NCBI GenBank assembly: GCA_039715015.1 | Contig: JBDLIE010000003.1 | Coordinates: forward strand, 59,201-123,200 | Reading direction: 5' to 3' | Length of the DNA: 64,000 nucleotides | Source of the DNA: Thermodesulfobacteriota bacterium | Lineage (GTDB): Bacteria > Desulfobacterota > Desulfobulbia > Desulfobulbales > SURF-16 | Shown: positions 29,398 to 38,965 of the stretch, one piece after another | Layout of the letters: each line of letters starts with the position of its first letter | How positions within the stretch are numbered: position 1 is the stretch's first letter | The notes under the pieces: generated by a model | The model's input: only the letters and a program-made list of their open reading frames with translations | What the model was told of the DNA's origin: nothing | Databases searched by the model: none | Position numbers and translations under genes: made by a program

Positions 29398-30537
29398 ATG
29401 CATTTTGCTTCATTTTCACCTCATGCTTCAACTGACATTGACTACAAGTCTACGACTTCTTGCTTATTTTCATTCTCTCAATCGCTGTTTTATGCCTTAG
29501 TAGCAACTTCTCTGCTTGCCCTACTTCCCTCTTTAGCCTTTGCCCGCATGACAGGTCCTTGCGACAATTGCCACACTATGCACAACAGTCAAGATGGTCT
29601 TGCAATGGCCACGGTTGGTGGCGAAGACGGCTCTGTGAGCAATCTATTTCTCACTAAGGGCAGCTGTATAGGCTGTCATGCCATGGGCACGGCCAATAAA
29701 ATTGAGCTTCTCGGCACTACTCCTGTACCTCAGGTGCTTCATGTCGATGGTTCAGGTGATCTGGCTGGCGGAAATTTTGCCTATCTTCTCGGCAATAAAG
29801 GCAGTGGCGCCTCTGATGCCAAGGGGCATAATATTGTCGATTTCAACAATGAAGACGCAGACTTATATGGTGCACCAGGTGGCATTGTTCAATCTTTCCA
29901 CGACGATGGTTATAACGTAAATGATGGGAATTTGACCTGTTCAGGTACAAATGGTTGCCATGGTTATAGGTATGCCAGCACCCCTTTAACCTCTGGAGTG
30001 GCTACCCTTTCCGGCGCCCATCACAATAATGTTGAGGGTAAATGTGACCAGGCCACCAACCCAGCCAACAGCTACCGTTTTCTGACCGGCGTCAAAGGCT
30101 TTGAGAACCAAACGGATAAATGGCAGAATGTCAGCTCCTCAAGCCACAATGAATATTTTGGTCAGGCTACCCCTATTCAGCTTGGTTGCAGTGGTGGCGC
30201 CACTAGCTGCCACAACATAGGAGTCAGTCCTCCAGACAATACCATGAGCCAGTTTTGCGCCACCTGTCATGGTAACTTTCACACCCTGACGACTTCTACA
30301 TCCGATGGCATAGGCAGCACCTTCACCTCTCCGTTTATCCGCCATCCTACTGATGTAGCCCTGCCTGCATCAGTAACGCCTGGTTCTGATGTGGTCATGT
30401 GCCTCTCCTGCCATGCTGCCCACGCCACAGATTTTCCTGACATGCTCAGGTGGGACTATGATGCCATGAAGGCAAACGACGCTTCCTCACCGAGCAACTC
30501 CGGCTGTTTCGTCTGCCATACAACGAAAGATGATTGA
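29398..30537 (+). CDS. Secreted multiheme c-type cytochrome, OmcS-like
   Basis: Signal peptide ending AFA; five CXXCH plus CX5CH and CX6CH; OmcS-type motifs CHTMHNS, GGNF, KGHNI, APGG, YRFL, MSQFCATCH, RHP, CLSCHAAHA..DMLRW, CxxCH..KD; start chosen from AAGGA RBS. Confidence 0.85.
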   Translation: MHFASFSPHASTDIDYKSTTSCLFSFSQSLFYALVATSLLALLPSLAFARMTGPCDNCHTMHNSQDGLAMATVGGEDGSVSNLFLTKGSCIGCHAMGTANKIELLGTTPVPQVLHVDGSGDLAGGNFAYLLGNKGSGASDAKGHNIVDFNNEDADLYGAPGGIVQSFHDDGYNVNDGNLTCSGTNGCHGYRYASTPLTSGVATLSGAHHNNVEGKCDQATNPANSYRFLTGVKGFENQTDKWQNVSSSSHNEYFGQATPIQLGCSGGATSCHNIGVSPPDNTMSQFCATCHGNFHTLTTSTSDGIGSTFTSPFIRHPTDVALPASVTPGSDVVMCLSCHAAHATDFPDMLRWDYDAMKANDASSPSNSGCFVCHTTKDD

Positions 30538-30541
30538 TTTT

Positions 30542-32311
30542 TTATCCGGATACATCCGAGATGCAGAGTTGAAGTTGCCTTTTGCCCCTAAATTCATTGC
30601 CGGCAAGCTGATACACACAATGCATATGGCAACCTGGTACAATTGATTCTGCTGTTTGCTTGCTCTTAGTGCGTGCCCTGAACCATATCGCCCTGAACTT
30701 ACTTGTGCCCATACATAAAATCAGTTGGAGATGGTCCTTGTCCTTACCGACAAATTTGGCAGAATCAACGCTAAATTCATTTGAGAAAACAGGGTGTTCA
30801 AAATGCTGTCCAAAAGGTGCAAGCTTATTAATTTCATCAACGGTAGCAAGATTTATATTTTCCAAGGCCAAGGCCCCATCTGTGTCTAGAAAAGCAAGGC
30901 CTTCATTGTCTATCTCCTCACGATCAATGGCCTTGAGAAAATTTTCTCTAAACAAATCAAGCCCTTGCTTGAAAATTTTAATTCCGGCAGCTCCCTTATG
31001 TCCACCAAAGGAAATGATGTTCTCCTGATTTGCCCTCTGCTCCATGTCTGCTGTTTGCGCTAGAATATTGAGGATATGCACTCCCCCGCCTGTTCGGCAT
31101 GACCCGGCTAGCACTTCACCATGAGGAGTATTTCCAAAAACAACTGCCGGAACACCATGTTTTTCAGCTAGCCTTGAGGCCAGAATCCCTAAAATTCCAG
31201 GATGAAAATCAGTATGATACGCTACGATTCCCTTACTGGTGTCTGTTTCCTCTAGCAGTCCATTGGCAATATCCCTAGACTTTGCCTCACTTTTCTTGCG
31301 CAAATCATTGACTTTGGTTAGTTTTTCGAAATATTGTTTTGCTAAATCACCACCTTCAGCTAGTAAAAAATCCAAGGCCAATTGCGGATCTGCCATTCTT
31401 CCAGCACCATTTATCCGGGGACTTACCTGGTACGCCAAGTCTTCTTCAGTCAATTTGCCTACGGGGGCACCACCAAACTGCATGGATCGCCAACAGTGTC
31501 TGGCAAATGTGTTGATCTCCTTGAGGCCATACCTGACCACCGCCCTATTGGTCGCACTGAGAAGAGAAACACTGTCAGCAATGGTAGACAAGGCAACATA
31601 ATCAAGCAGTGAGATAAGGGTTGGGGTCTGAGTCGGCAGGCTGCCATCTTCAACCAGACTGGTACGCACAGCGCTCATAACCAGCCAACATACCATGCAA
31701 CCTGATATTGCCTTGTCGGGATATAGACACTTTTCCTGTTGAGGGTCAACTAACGTATAGGCTGAACAAGGGAACTCATCTTCTGGAACAAGATGGTGGT
31801 CGGTGATAATTACATCAATACCGGCTTCCTTGAGCACGGCTATTCTTTTTTCATCAGAAACGCCGCAATCTGCTGTAATAACAAGGTCTATAGCGGGAGT
31901 GTTGGCTAAAATTCGCGAACAGAGTTGGTCTGTTAAACCGTAGCCATCCTGCAGCCTATCGCCAACAAAGCTGTTAATCTGGCCATTATTGCGCCCCAAA
32001 AAGCCGTTGAGGGCTTTTTTAGCTACAGCATGCGCCGTGAGACCATCAACGTCATAATCCGTCACCAGGCCAATATTCTCGCCTTTTTTGATGGCTCTAA
32101 CAATTCGTCCCACAGCCTTGTTACAGTTTTTGAGGAGGTGTGGCGCAGGAATTTCTCGTAGCTTAGGGTCAAAAAAGGGGGTGAGATCTGCCAGGGATGA
32201 AACATCTCTACGACAGAGAATGTCGGCCTGGAGATGACTTAAGCCCCCAGAGCGAGCAGCCTCATAAACAGATTTTGACCGTTGGCGTTCCCTAACAATT
32301 AACTTTTTCAA
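30542..32311 (-). CDS. recJ: Single-stranded-DNA-specific exonuclease RecJ
   Basis: DYDVDG, DGYGL, ITADCG, ITDHH, PRINGAGR, FGGHKGAAG, LAPFG motifs. Confidence 0.92.
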   Translation of the reverse strand: MKKLIVRERQRSKSVYEAARSGGLSHLQADILCRRDVSSLADLTPFFDPKLREIPAPHLLKNCNKAVGRIVRAIKKGENIGLVTDYDVDGLTAHAVAKKALNGFLGRNNGQINSFVGDRLQDGYGLTDQLCSRILANTPAIDLVITADCGVSDEKRIAVLKEAGIDVIITDHHLVPEDEFPCSAYTLVDPQQEKCLYPDKAISGCMVCWLVMSAVRTSLVEDGSLPTQTPTLISLLDYVALSTIADSVSLLSATNRAVVRYGLKEINTFARHCWRSMQFGGAPVGKLTEEDLAYQVSPRINGAGRMADPQLALDFLLAEGGDLAKQYFEKLTKVNDLRKKSEAKSRDIANGLLEETDTSKGIVAYHTDFHPGILGILASRLAEKHGVPAVVFGNTPHGEVLAGSCRTGGGVHILNILAQTADMEQRANQENIISFGGHKGAAGIKIFKQGLDLFRENFLKAIDREEIDNEGLAFLDTDGALALENINLATVDEINKLAPFGQHFEHPVFSNEFSVDSAKFVGKDKDHLQLILCMGTSKFRAIWFRARTKSKQTAESIVPGCHMHCVYQLAGNEFRGKRQLQLCISDVSG

Positions 32312-33246
32312 AACCCTTCTCGACTGAGGAGATTTTCAATTTTTTGTTGGTCGTCCGGATGAAACCAGTGAATTGCCTTGTCCTTGCCAAACCAGGTAAA
32401 TTGCCTCTTGGCATAATGCCTGGTATCGCGGGCCAATAGCCTCAAAGCATCCTCCCAACACCAAGAACCGTTGATATAATTCACCATATGACGGTAGCCA
32501 ATAGATTGCATGGGGGGTAAATCAGGGCCAAATCCTCTCTTCAAGAGCCCTTCGACCTCAGCCAACAAACCCAGCTCCACCATGATCTCTACCCGGGCAT
32601 TAATCCGCTGATACAGCTCTTCGCGGTCCCTTTGCAAGCCCACCTTCAACACAGTGAACTCCCCATGCTCGGAGTTTTGATCAGCAAGATGTTCAGTCCA
32701 GGATTTGCCAGTGGCTCGAAAAATTTCTATGCCCCGGGCCAGACGCTGGCTGTCGTTTTCGTGGATTCGCGCAGCTGTTTGGGGGTCGCAATGGAGTAAC
32801 TCTTTATAAAGTTTGGCATTTCCGCACTCTTGGAGCTCGTTCCTAACCTGACTCCTAATCTCAGCCGGTATTTCCGGCATCTCAAAAACTCCTTCAAGGA
32901 GGCTTTGCATATAGAGGCCTGTTCCCCCAACCAGCATAGGAAGATGATCGCGACTGGCTATGTCTTTAATGGCCTGACGGGCATCCGCAACGAAACGGCT
33001 GACATGATAGGCCTCATCAGGCTCGACATAGTCAACGAGGTGATGCTGAACACGGGCACGCTCGGCAACAGTGGCTTTGGCGGTGCCAATATTCATATAC
33101 CTATAGATCTGCATGGAATCCATGGAGATAATTTCAGCCTTAAATCTGTCAGCAACCCCAAGAGATAGCTCTGTTTTCCCCACCCCGGTGGGGCCAGCCA
33201 GAACAACGATTTTTTGCTTATCAAAGGACGGAGAAGGAGGGCTCAT
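32308..33246 (-). CDS. miaA: tRNA dimethylallyltransferase
   Basis: GPTGVGKT, DSMQIYR...IGTAK, VGGTGLY, YAKRQFTWF. Confidence 0.96.
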   Translation of the reverse strand: MSPPSPSFDKQKIVVLAGPTGVGKTELSLGVADRFKAEIISMDSMQIYRYMNIGTAKATVAERARVQHHLVDYVEPDEAYHVSRFVADARQAIKDIASRDHLPMLVGGTGLYMQSLLEGVFEMPEIPAEIRSQVRNELQECGNAKLYKELLHCDPQTAARIHENDSQRLARGIEIFRATGKSWTEHLADQNSEHGEFTVLKVGLQRDREELYQRINARVEIMVELGLLAEVEGLLKRGFGPDLPPMQSIGYRHMVNYINGSWCWEDALRLLARDTRHYAKRQFTWFGKDKAIHWFHPDDQQKIENLLSREGF

Positions 33247-33464
33247 AAATGAAGGAGAAGGTGATCCTGTTCAGACTTTTAGACTCGGCTTACGCTCTAC
33301 AATTTGGGTGACAGCTTCCCATATTTACACTATATTTGCCTTTTTTTGAATCCAACTATTGTAAAAGCATCTTTCTTAAAGATTAAAATTGACCTGCTCC
33401 ACGCAGATTAATTTTAATCCCGCCCGGATACTTACTAACTTCAGCCTTGAAAGAGGAATTCCTT

Positions 33465-34547
33465 ATGCCAGATCGTATATATAACTTCAGCCCTGGACCA
33501 GCGACTCTACCCCAGGAGGTTTTGGCGCAAGCCGCTAAGGATATCGTTAATTTTAATGATAAGGGCATTGGCCTTATTGAACTCTCCCATCGCTCCAAGG
33601 AGTTTATGGCTGTTGCTGACGAGACCGAAGCGCTCCTTCGTGACCTGATGGCCATTCCCGATAATTACAAAGTGCTTTTCCTTCAGGGCGGTGCCTCAAC
33701 GCAATTTGCCATGGTTCCCATGAATCTCATGCGCCCGGACCAAAAGGCAACCTACCTTAACACCGGCACTTGGGCCAAGAAGGCCATTAAAGAGGCTAAT
33801 CTTATTGCCGAGGCTGATGTCGCCTACTCCAGCGAGGAAAGCTCCTTCAACCATGTCCCTAAAAACGGTGATTACAGCGTTGATCCTGGTGCCGAGTATC
33901 TCTATTTTGTCTCCAACAATACGATTTACGGCACCCAGTTCTCTGAGTTTCCCAAAAGTGACAAGATGCTCGTTTGCGATATGTCTTCTGACATCTTAAG
34001 CCGTAAATTTGACCTGGCGCCCTTTGGCCTGGTCTTTGCCGGCGCCCAGAAAAATATGGGTCCGGCGGGTGTAACCACGGTTATTGTTCGCGATGATTTG
34101 CTTGACCGCGCCCCTGACAGCCTGCCCACCATGCTTCGCTACAAAACCCATGCCGATAAAGGGTCCATGTTTAACACCCCGCCCTGCTTTGCCATTTATG
34201 CAGTGGGGCTGGTATGTAAGTGGCTCAAGGCCGCTGGCGGTGTCCAAGCCATGGAGCAAAAAAACAAAGAAAAAGCTGCTGTTTTGTACGACATGATTGA
34301 TTCCACCGATTTTTACAAGGGTCACGCCCAGGTGGATTCAAGGTCCTTGATGAACATAACCTTCAACCTGCCCACCCCTGAATTGGAAGCTGAGTTTATT
34401 GACCAGGCAGGTAAACTTGGCTTGGATGGACTGAAGGGCCATCGTTCCATCGGTGGTTGCCGGGCCTCAATTTACAATGCCTTCCCCAAACAGGGTGTTC
34501 TTGATCTAGTCGATTTCATGAAGAAATTTGAAACGAAAAACAGCTAG
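33465..34547 (+). CDS. serC: Phosphoserine aminotransferase
   Basis: YNFSPGPA, ELSHRS, FLQGGAS, AGAQKN PLP lysine, NTPP, GHRSIGGCRASIYNA. Confidence 0.96.
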   Translation: MPDRIYNFSPGPATLPQEVLAQAAKDIVNFNDKGIGLIELSHRSKEFMAVADETEALLRDLMAIPDNYKVLFLQGGASTQFAMVPMNLMRPDQKATYLNTGTWAKKAIKEANLIAEADVAYSSEESSFNHVPKNGDYSVDPGAEYLYFVSNNTIYGTQFSEFPKSDKMLVCDMSSDILSRKFDLAPFGLVFAGAQKNMGPAGVTTVIVRDDLLDRAPDSLPTMLRYKTHADKGSMFNTPPCFAIYAVGLVCKWLKAAGGVQAMEQKNKEKAAVLYDMIDSTDFYKGHAQVDSRSLMNITFNLPTPELEAEFIDQAGKLGLDGLKGHRSIGGCRASIYNAFPKQGVLDLVDFMKKFETKNS

Positions 34548-34569
34548 AGAGCCTTTGACTGTTCCAGTC

Positions 34570-34619
34570 AAATAAAAAAAGCGCGTCAAGCATTTCAACT
34601 TGACGCGCTTTTTTTATTT
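34570..34619. terminator. Bidirectional Rho-independent terminator
   Basis: Perfect 21-bp inverted repeat AAATAAAAAAAGCGCGTCAAG/CTTGACGCGCTTTTTTTATTT between convergent genes. Confidence 0.85.
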
Positions 34620-34665
34620 ATAGATTGCCTCAACTCGATGAGACACACTTATAAATGAAAAATTC

Positions 34666-35106
34666 TTAAGGAGCTGATTGGGCGGCAGCGTCCTCTTTCT
34701 CTGAAGTTTTGGCCTTTCCTTTAAGCAGGTGAAGATCACTGGTCTCAACCTTAACCTCACCGTTTAAGGAAGCACCACCTTCCACAAGCAGATTGACCGC
34801 CTCAACATTGCCATCAATCCTGCAGCCTTTTACAACATTTAAATTGCAGGCCTTGATATTACCCTTAACTTTACCCTGACAGGTGAAGGTCTCTATTTTA
34901 ATATCACCAGTAACACTGCCTAATTCACCAAGGATGAGATGCTCTCCTTCGACATTTCCTTCAATGGATCCATCAAGGCGAAGTTTGCCGCTAAAACTGA
35001 GATCCCCTGTAAACTTCATGCCTGTGCCAATAATACTGCTAATGGCGACATTGCCGCCTCCTAATTCAAGATCCTGGTTATCATCATTTTTCTTAAAAAA
35101 ACTCAT
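34666..35106 (-). CDS. Bactofilin (polymer-forming cytoskeletal protein, CcmA-like)
   Basis: SIIGTGMKFTGDL..LRLDGSIEGNV beta-helix repeats. Confidence 0.9.
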   Translation of the reverse strand: MSFFKKNDDNQDLELGGGNVAISSIIGTGMKFTGDLSFSGKLRLDGSIEGNVEGEHLILGELGSVTGDIKIETFTCQGKVKGNIKACNLNVVKGCRIDGNVEAVNLLVEGGASLNGEVKVETSDLHLLKGKAKTSEKEDAAAQSAP

Positions 35107-35162
35107 GGAAACTCCTTAATATTGCCAATCTGGCTGCGGGGAAATAGGTGTGTAAAGGGAAT

Positions 35163-36095
35163 TTACTGATTCACAGAAGGCATATTACGGGCAACCCTGA
35201 CAAACTTAAGAGGGTTTACGCTTTTGCCGTTATAGAGAATTTCATAATGAAGATGAGGGCCTGTACTGCGACCTGAATTTCCAACTAAACCAATCACTTG
35301 GCCGCGTTTAACCTGTTGATTTTTTTCAACAAGGCTTTTTTTCATATGAAGATAACGTGTTTTAAAGCCCTTGCCGTGGCCAACAACTACGTAATTGCCA
35401 TTCCCTTCCGTATAACCCTTGTCGACAATTTTCCCGTGGGCAGTTGTGATGATCTCAGTGCCTGTTTTATCACTAATGTCTATACCACTATGGAAAGCAA
35501 CCTTTTCGTTGATGGGGTCAATCCGACGGCCATACAATGAAGTAATAGAGCCAAGAACAGGGGGACCGAGGGGAACAGACTTGATAATATCAAGGGAATG
35601 ATCAAATTTAAAGAGGAGGTCCTCGTACGAATCTCCAGTAAGAGGCTTGAAGGGGCCACCACTATGTTTGCTGTTTTCCTTGACAGAGGTCTTTATCCCT
35701 ACTGTTTTCAGGATAGATTCGACAATCTCGCTTCTACTTTTAAGTTCACTGAGGGCATTGTTTAGAAGCTCCTCTCTCTCACTGCTCTTTACATTAAGAC
35801 CTTCAAGGATACCCTGAAACTCTGATTCTTTGTCGGCAATTTGCTTGGCAAGATGATCCTCAAAACCTTTATTCCACTCCTGGGCAGCGTGGAGATCCTG
35901 CTGTGCCTGATCAATGGAAGATTTAAGGTGAACATTCTGGTAGGAATGCTTGAAACCAAGGAAGGAAAAAAGAGCCAGCAAGAAGACAACAGCGAGAGAG
36001 GAAAGAACCACCGTGGTCAATGAAGATTTAGGCATGACATAAGATCTAGTTTGATCTCTTTCGCCTGTAATAACAATATGGAGATTACTTTTCAT
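35163..36095 (-). CDS. M23 family metallopeptidase with TM anchor and coiled coil
   Basis: FHSGID, YLHM, STGPHLHYE motifs; directly upstream of bactofilin. Confidence 0.9.
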   Translation of the reverse strand: MKSNLHIVITGERDQTRSYVMPKSSLTTVVLSSLAVVFLLALFSFLGFKHSYQNVHLKSSIDQAQQDLHAAQEWNKGFEDHLAKQIADKESEFQGILEGLNVKSSEREELLNNALSELKSRSEIVESILKTVGIKTSVKENSKHSGGPFKPLTGDSYEDLLFKFDHSLDIIKSVPLGPPVLGSITSLYGRRIDPINEKVAFHSGIDISDKTGTEIITTAHGKIVDKGYTEGNGNYVVVGHGKGFKTRYLHMKKSLVEKNQQVKRGQVIGLVGNSGRSTGPHLHYEILYNGKSVNPLKFVRVARNMPSVNQ

Positions 36096-36316
36096 GATGT
36101 CCCTTGATGCGCTTTTATTTTTACTTTTTTTCTAATGGGATAAAGAAAACTTTTTACCCGGCTATCCAAACAAAAAACTTTCTAAAACTTAAAGTCAAAA
36201 CAAAAATACGTCGCAACTTACAACTTTCTCCTTTAATTTGTCAATCCAATTAAGCTTTTATCTCTATCCTTCTCTGTATTTTTTATATTAACAACCAAGA
36301 ATTAAAGGGTGATGAT

Positions 36317-37189
36317 GTGCATTACGAAGGAAATGTTATTAGGCCGCCAAGCGAGGCCCATTCAATCATTTTGCAGGTAACAGTGGGCTGCTCCCATAAC
36401 AAATGCACCTTTTGCGGGGCATATAAAGATGTGAAGTTTAAAATTAAGGATGAGGCCATTGTTAGAGAGGATATTGACTTTGCCTCACGATACTGTCGAA
36501 GGCAAAAAAGGGTATTTTTAGCTGACGGGGACGTTCTTATCTTGTCCCAACGTAGACTTATCACCCTTTTTAAGGAGATCAGAGAAAAACTTCCTTGGGT
36601 TAACAGAATCAGCCTCTATGCAAATGCCAAAGCAATTCTCTCCAAGTCGGAAAAGCAATTACTGGAACTTAAGAAACTTGGACTGCATCGCATTTATATG
36701 GGGCTCGAAAGTGGTGACGACAAAGTATTGCAGACCATCAAAAAGGGGGCAAACGCTGAAAAAATGATCCGGGCTGCCCAGCATGTCCGTCAGGTTGATA
36801 TCTTTCTTTCGGTTACCGTTCTGTTGGGTGTAGGCGGTGTTTCAGGATATAAAAAGCATGCCAGGGAAACAGCCGAAGTCCTCGCAGCCATGTCGCCAAA
36901 CCAAATAGCAGCCCTGACCCTGATGGTCATGGATAATACCCCCTTGGGGGATCTTGTTAGCTCAGGAGAATTTCAGCTGCCAGACAGCAGAGGCATCCTC
37001 CTGGAATTAAGGGAACTGATGACTGCTCTTGAAGTGGGAAGGCCCTGCCAATTCCAAACAAATCATGCCTCGAATTACCTTGCCGTGAATTGTCGTCTGC
37101 CAAAGGATAAGGAGAAAGTCCTGAAAGATATTGAAGAAGCACTAGAGGGAAGTCGTGATTTAAGACCAGAACACCTCAGAGCCCTCTAA
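36317..37189 (+). CDS. Radical SAM protein
   Basis: GCSHNKCTFC cluster motif, RPPSEA, FLADGD, GLESG. Confidence 0.9.
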   Translation: MHYEGNVIRPPSEAHSIILQVTVGCSHNKCTFCGAYKDVKFKIKDEAIVREDIDFASRYCRRQKRVFLADGDVLILSQRRLITLFKEIREKLPWVNRISLYANAKAILSKSEKQLLELKKLGLHRIYMGLESGDDKVLQTIKKGANAEKMIRAAQHVRQVDIFLSVTVLLGVGGVSGYKKHARETAEVLAAMSPNQIAALTLMVMDNTPLGDLVSSGEFQLPDSRGILLELRELMTALEVGRPCQFQTNHASNYLAVNCRLPKDKEKVLKDIEEALEGSRDLRPEHLRAL

Positions 37190-37223
37190 CCGGCAGGCGA
37201 GAGTTACCGCCCCTTCCTCCAAG

Positions 37224-37270
37224 GAGATAGCAAGAGGGGAAGTGTTCCCTCCCCTCTTGCAGCCTATCTC
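37224..37270. terminator. Stem-loop between convergent radical SAM gene and pepA
   Basis: GCAAGAGGGGA...TCCCCTCTTGC inverted repeat; no strong U tract. Confidence 0.5.
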
Positions 37271-38748
37271 TACGACCAATTACGGACCAGATCTATGAGG
37301 GTGCGGGCAGCTATACCGGATGGCCCTTTGGGTATATAGGATTTTTCGGTAAATCCCCAGGCTGTACCGGCAATATCAAGATGAGCCCAAGGCGTATCTC
37401 CGACAAATTCCTCCAGGAAGGCTGCTGCAGTAATGGTACCGGCAGGTTTGCCACCAATATTTTTCAGATCAGCCACCTCTGACTTGAGCTGTTTCTTATA
37501 TTCTGCTCCCAGGGGAAGTCTCCAGGCCGGCTCGCCACTGCGTTCACCGGCAGCAACAATCTTTTCCGCCAGGATGTCATTATTTGACAGCAAGCCAGAG
37601 TAGTGATGGCCGAGTCCGATAATGACCGCTCCGGTTAAAGTGGCCAAATCAACAATGGCGGCTGGCTTATACTTTTTAATCCCATATGCCAGGGCATCCA
37701 TCAGGATAAGCCTACCCTCGGCATCGGTATTAATAACCTCGACAGTTTTACCACTATAAGATGTTATTATGTCCCCCGGTTTAACAGCCGCAGCACCTGG
37801 CATATTATCTGTGGCCGGCACTATTCCCACGACATTGACACCTGCTGGTTTTTCCTCGCCAATGGCGGCCATGGCAGCCATTACAGCTGCGCCACCACAC
37901 ATGTCGTATTTCATATCCTCCATACCGGCACTGGGCTTAAGAGAGATACCGCCGGAATCAAAGGTAAGGCCTTTACCGACCAGCAGAAGCGTGTCTGCCT
38001 TTTTCTGGGCGCAACGATATTCAAGAATAACCATTCTCGGGCCATTCTCAGAACCTTGATTAACGGCCAGCACTCCTCCCATCTTGAGACGCCGCAGGTC
38101 ACGATGGGAATATACCGTGCATTTTAGAGGAAATTTTTCACTCAAACTCCGTGCAAAAACCGCAAACTCTTCAGCGGTCCAATTATTACCTGGCTCATTA
38201 GCCATATCACGGGCTGTTTTGCCGGCCCGGGCGGCGACTTCGGCCAGGCGAACACCCTTACGGCATTCTGCACCTAACTCCTGAGGAAAGAGGGTTATCT
38301 TTTTCAAGAAAACATCCTTGTCGTCATCTTTACTCTTTTTATACCTTGTGAACCGATACTGACCGAGAAGGACACCTTCAGTTAAACATTCACCGAGCTC
38401 TTTCATGCCCATGTCGATCCCATACCAAATCGCAGCCAAACTTTCCGCCTTAAATTCAAGGGACTTCTTGCCGATTATGCCGCCAGCTTTGCGAATTTCC
38501 TCCCTCCCCTTTTCCTTATCTCCCAAACCGATAAAAAGAAGGCGCTTGCAGGGCAGGTCCTTGTCTGGATAGACCATTAGTGTTTCGTCAATTTTAGCGG
38601 TAAAGTCACCAGCCGTAGTGGCCCTGGCAAGATATGACTGAAGAGCGGGATCAATTGCCGCCATACTGCCGTCAGCCTGGACAGATACGAGGACAGCCAG
38701 GATATCTCCTGTAAAAACAGTAAATTTCTTATTTGATACGGTAATCAT
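37270..38748 (-). CDS. pepA: Leucyl aminopeptidase (M17)
   Basis: VGKGLTFDSGG, MKYDMCG, NTDAEGRL, ATLTGA, HLDIAG. Confidence 0.95.
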   Translation of the reverse strand: MITVSNKKFTVFTGDILAVLVSVQADGSMAAIDPALQSYLARATTAGDFTAKIDETLMVYPDKDLPCKRLLFIGLGDKEKGREEIRKAGGIIGKKSLEFKAESLAAIWYGIDMGMKELGECLTEGVLLGQYRFTRYKKSKDDDKDVFLKKITLFPQELGAECRKGVRLAEVAARAGKTARDMANEPGNNWTAEEFAVFARSLSEKFPLKCTVYSHRDLRRLKMGGVLAVNQGSENGPRMVILEYRCAQKKADTLLLVGKGLTFDSGGISLKPSAGMEDMKYDMCGGAAVMAAMAAIGEEKPAGVNVVGIVPATDNMPGAAAVKPGDIITSYSGKTVEVINTDAEGRLILMDALAYGIKKYKPAAIVDLATLTGAVIIGLGHHYSGLLSNNDILAEKIVAAGERSGEPAWRLPLGAEYKKQLKSEVADLKNIGGKPAGTITAAAFLEEFVGDTPWAHLDIAGTAWGFTEKSYIPKGPSGIAARTLIDLVRNWS

Positions 38749-38965
38749 AGATTCTCCGAAATATTATTTACCCCATGTGCTCGACCAATCTTAGATAAAA
38801 AGCCTACATGAGCCACAAGAAAATAGTCTAGAAAACATCTTGTTATTGATAAAATAGTCTTTGATCGTTCTTTATATTTTATTAAACATAGAATGAAGAG
38901 GCTGTAAACTCAGACAGAGCGTGCAACTTCTTTCCTTATTATTAAATCTTTTTTAAGCTCACCTG

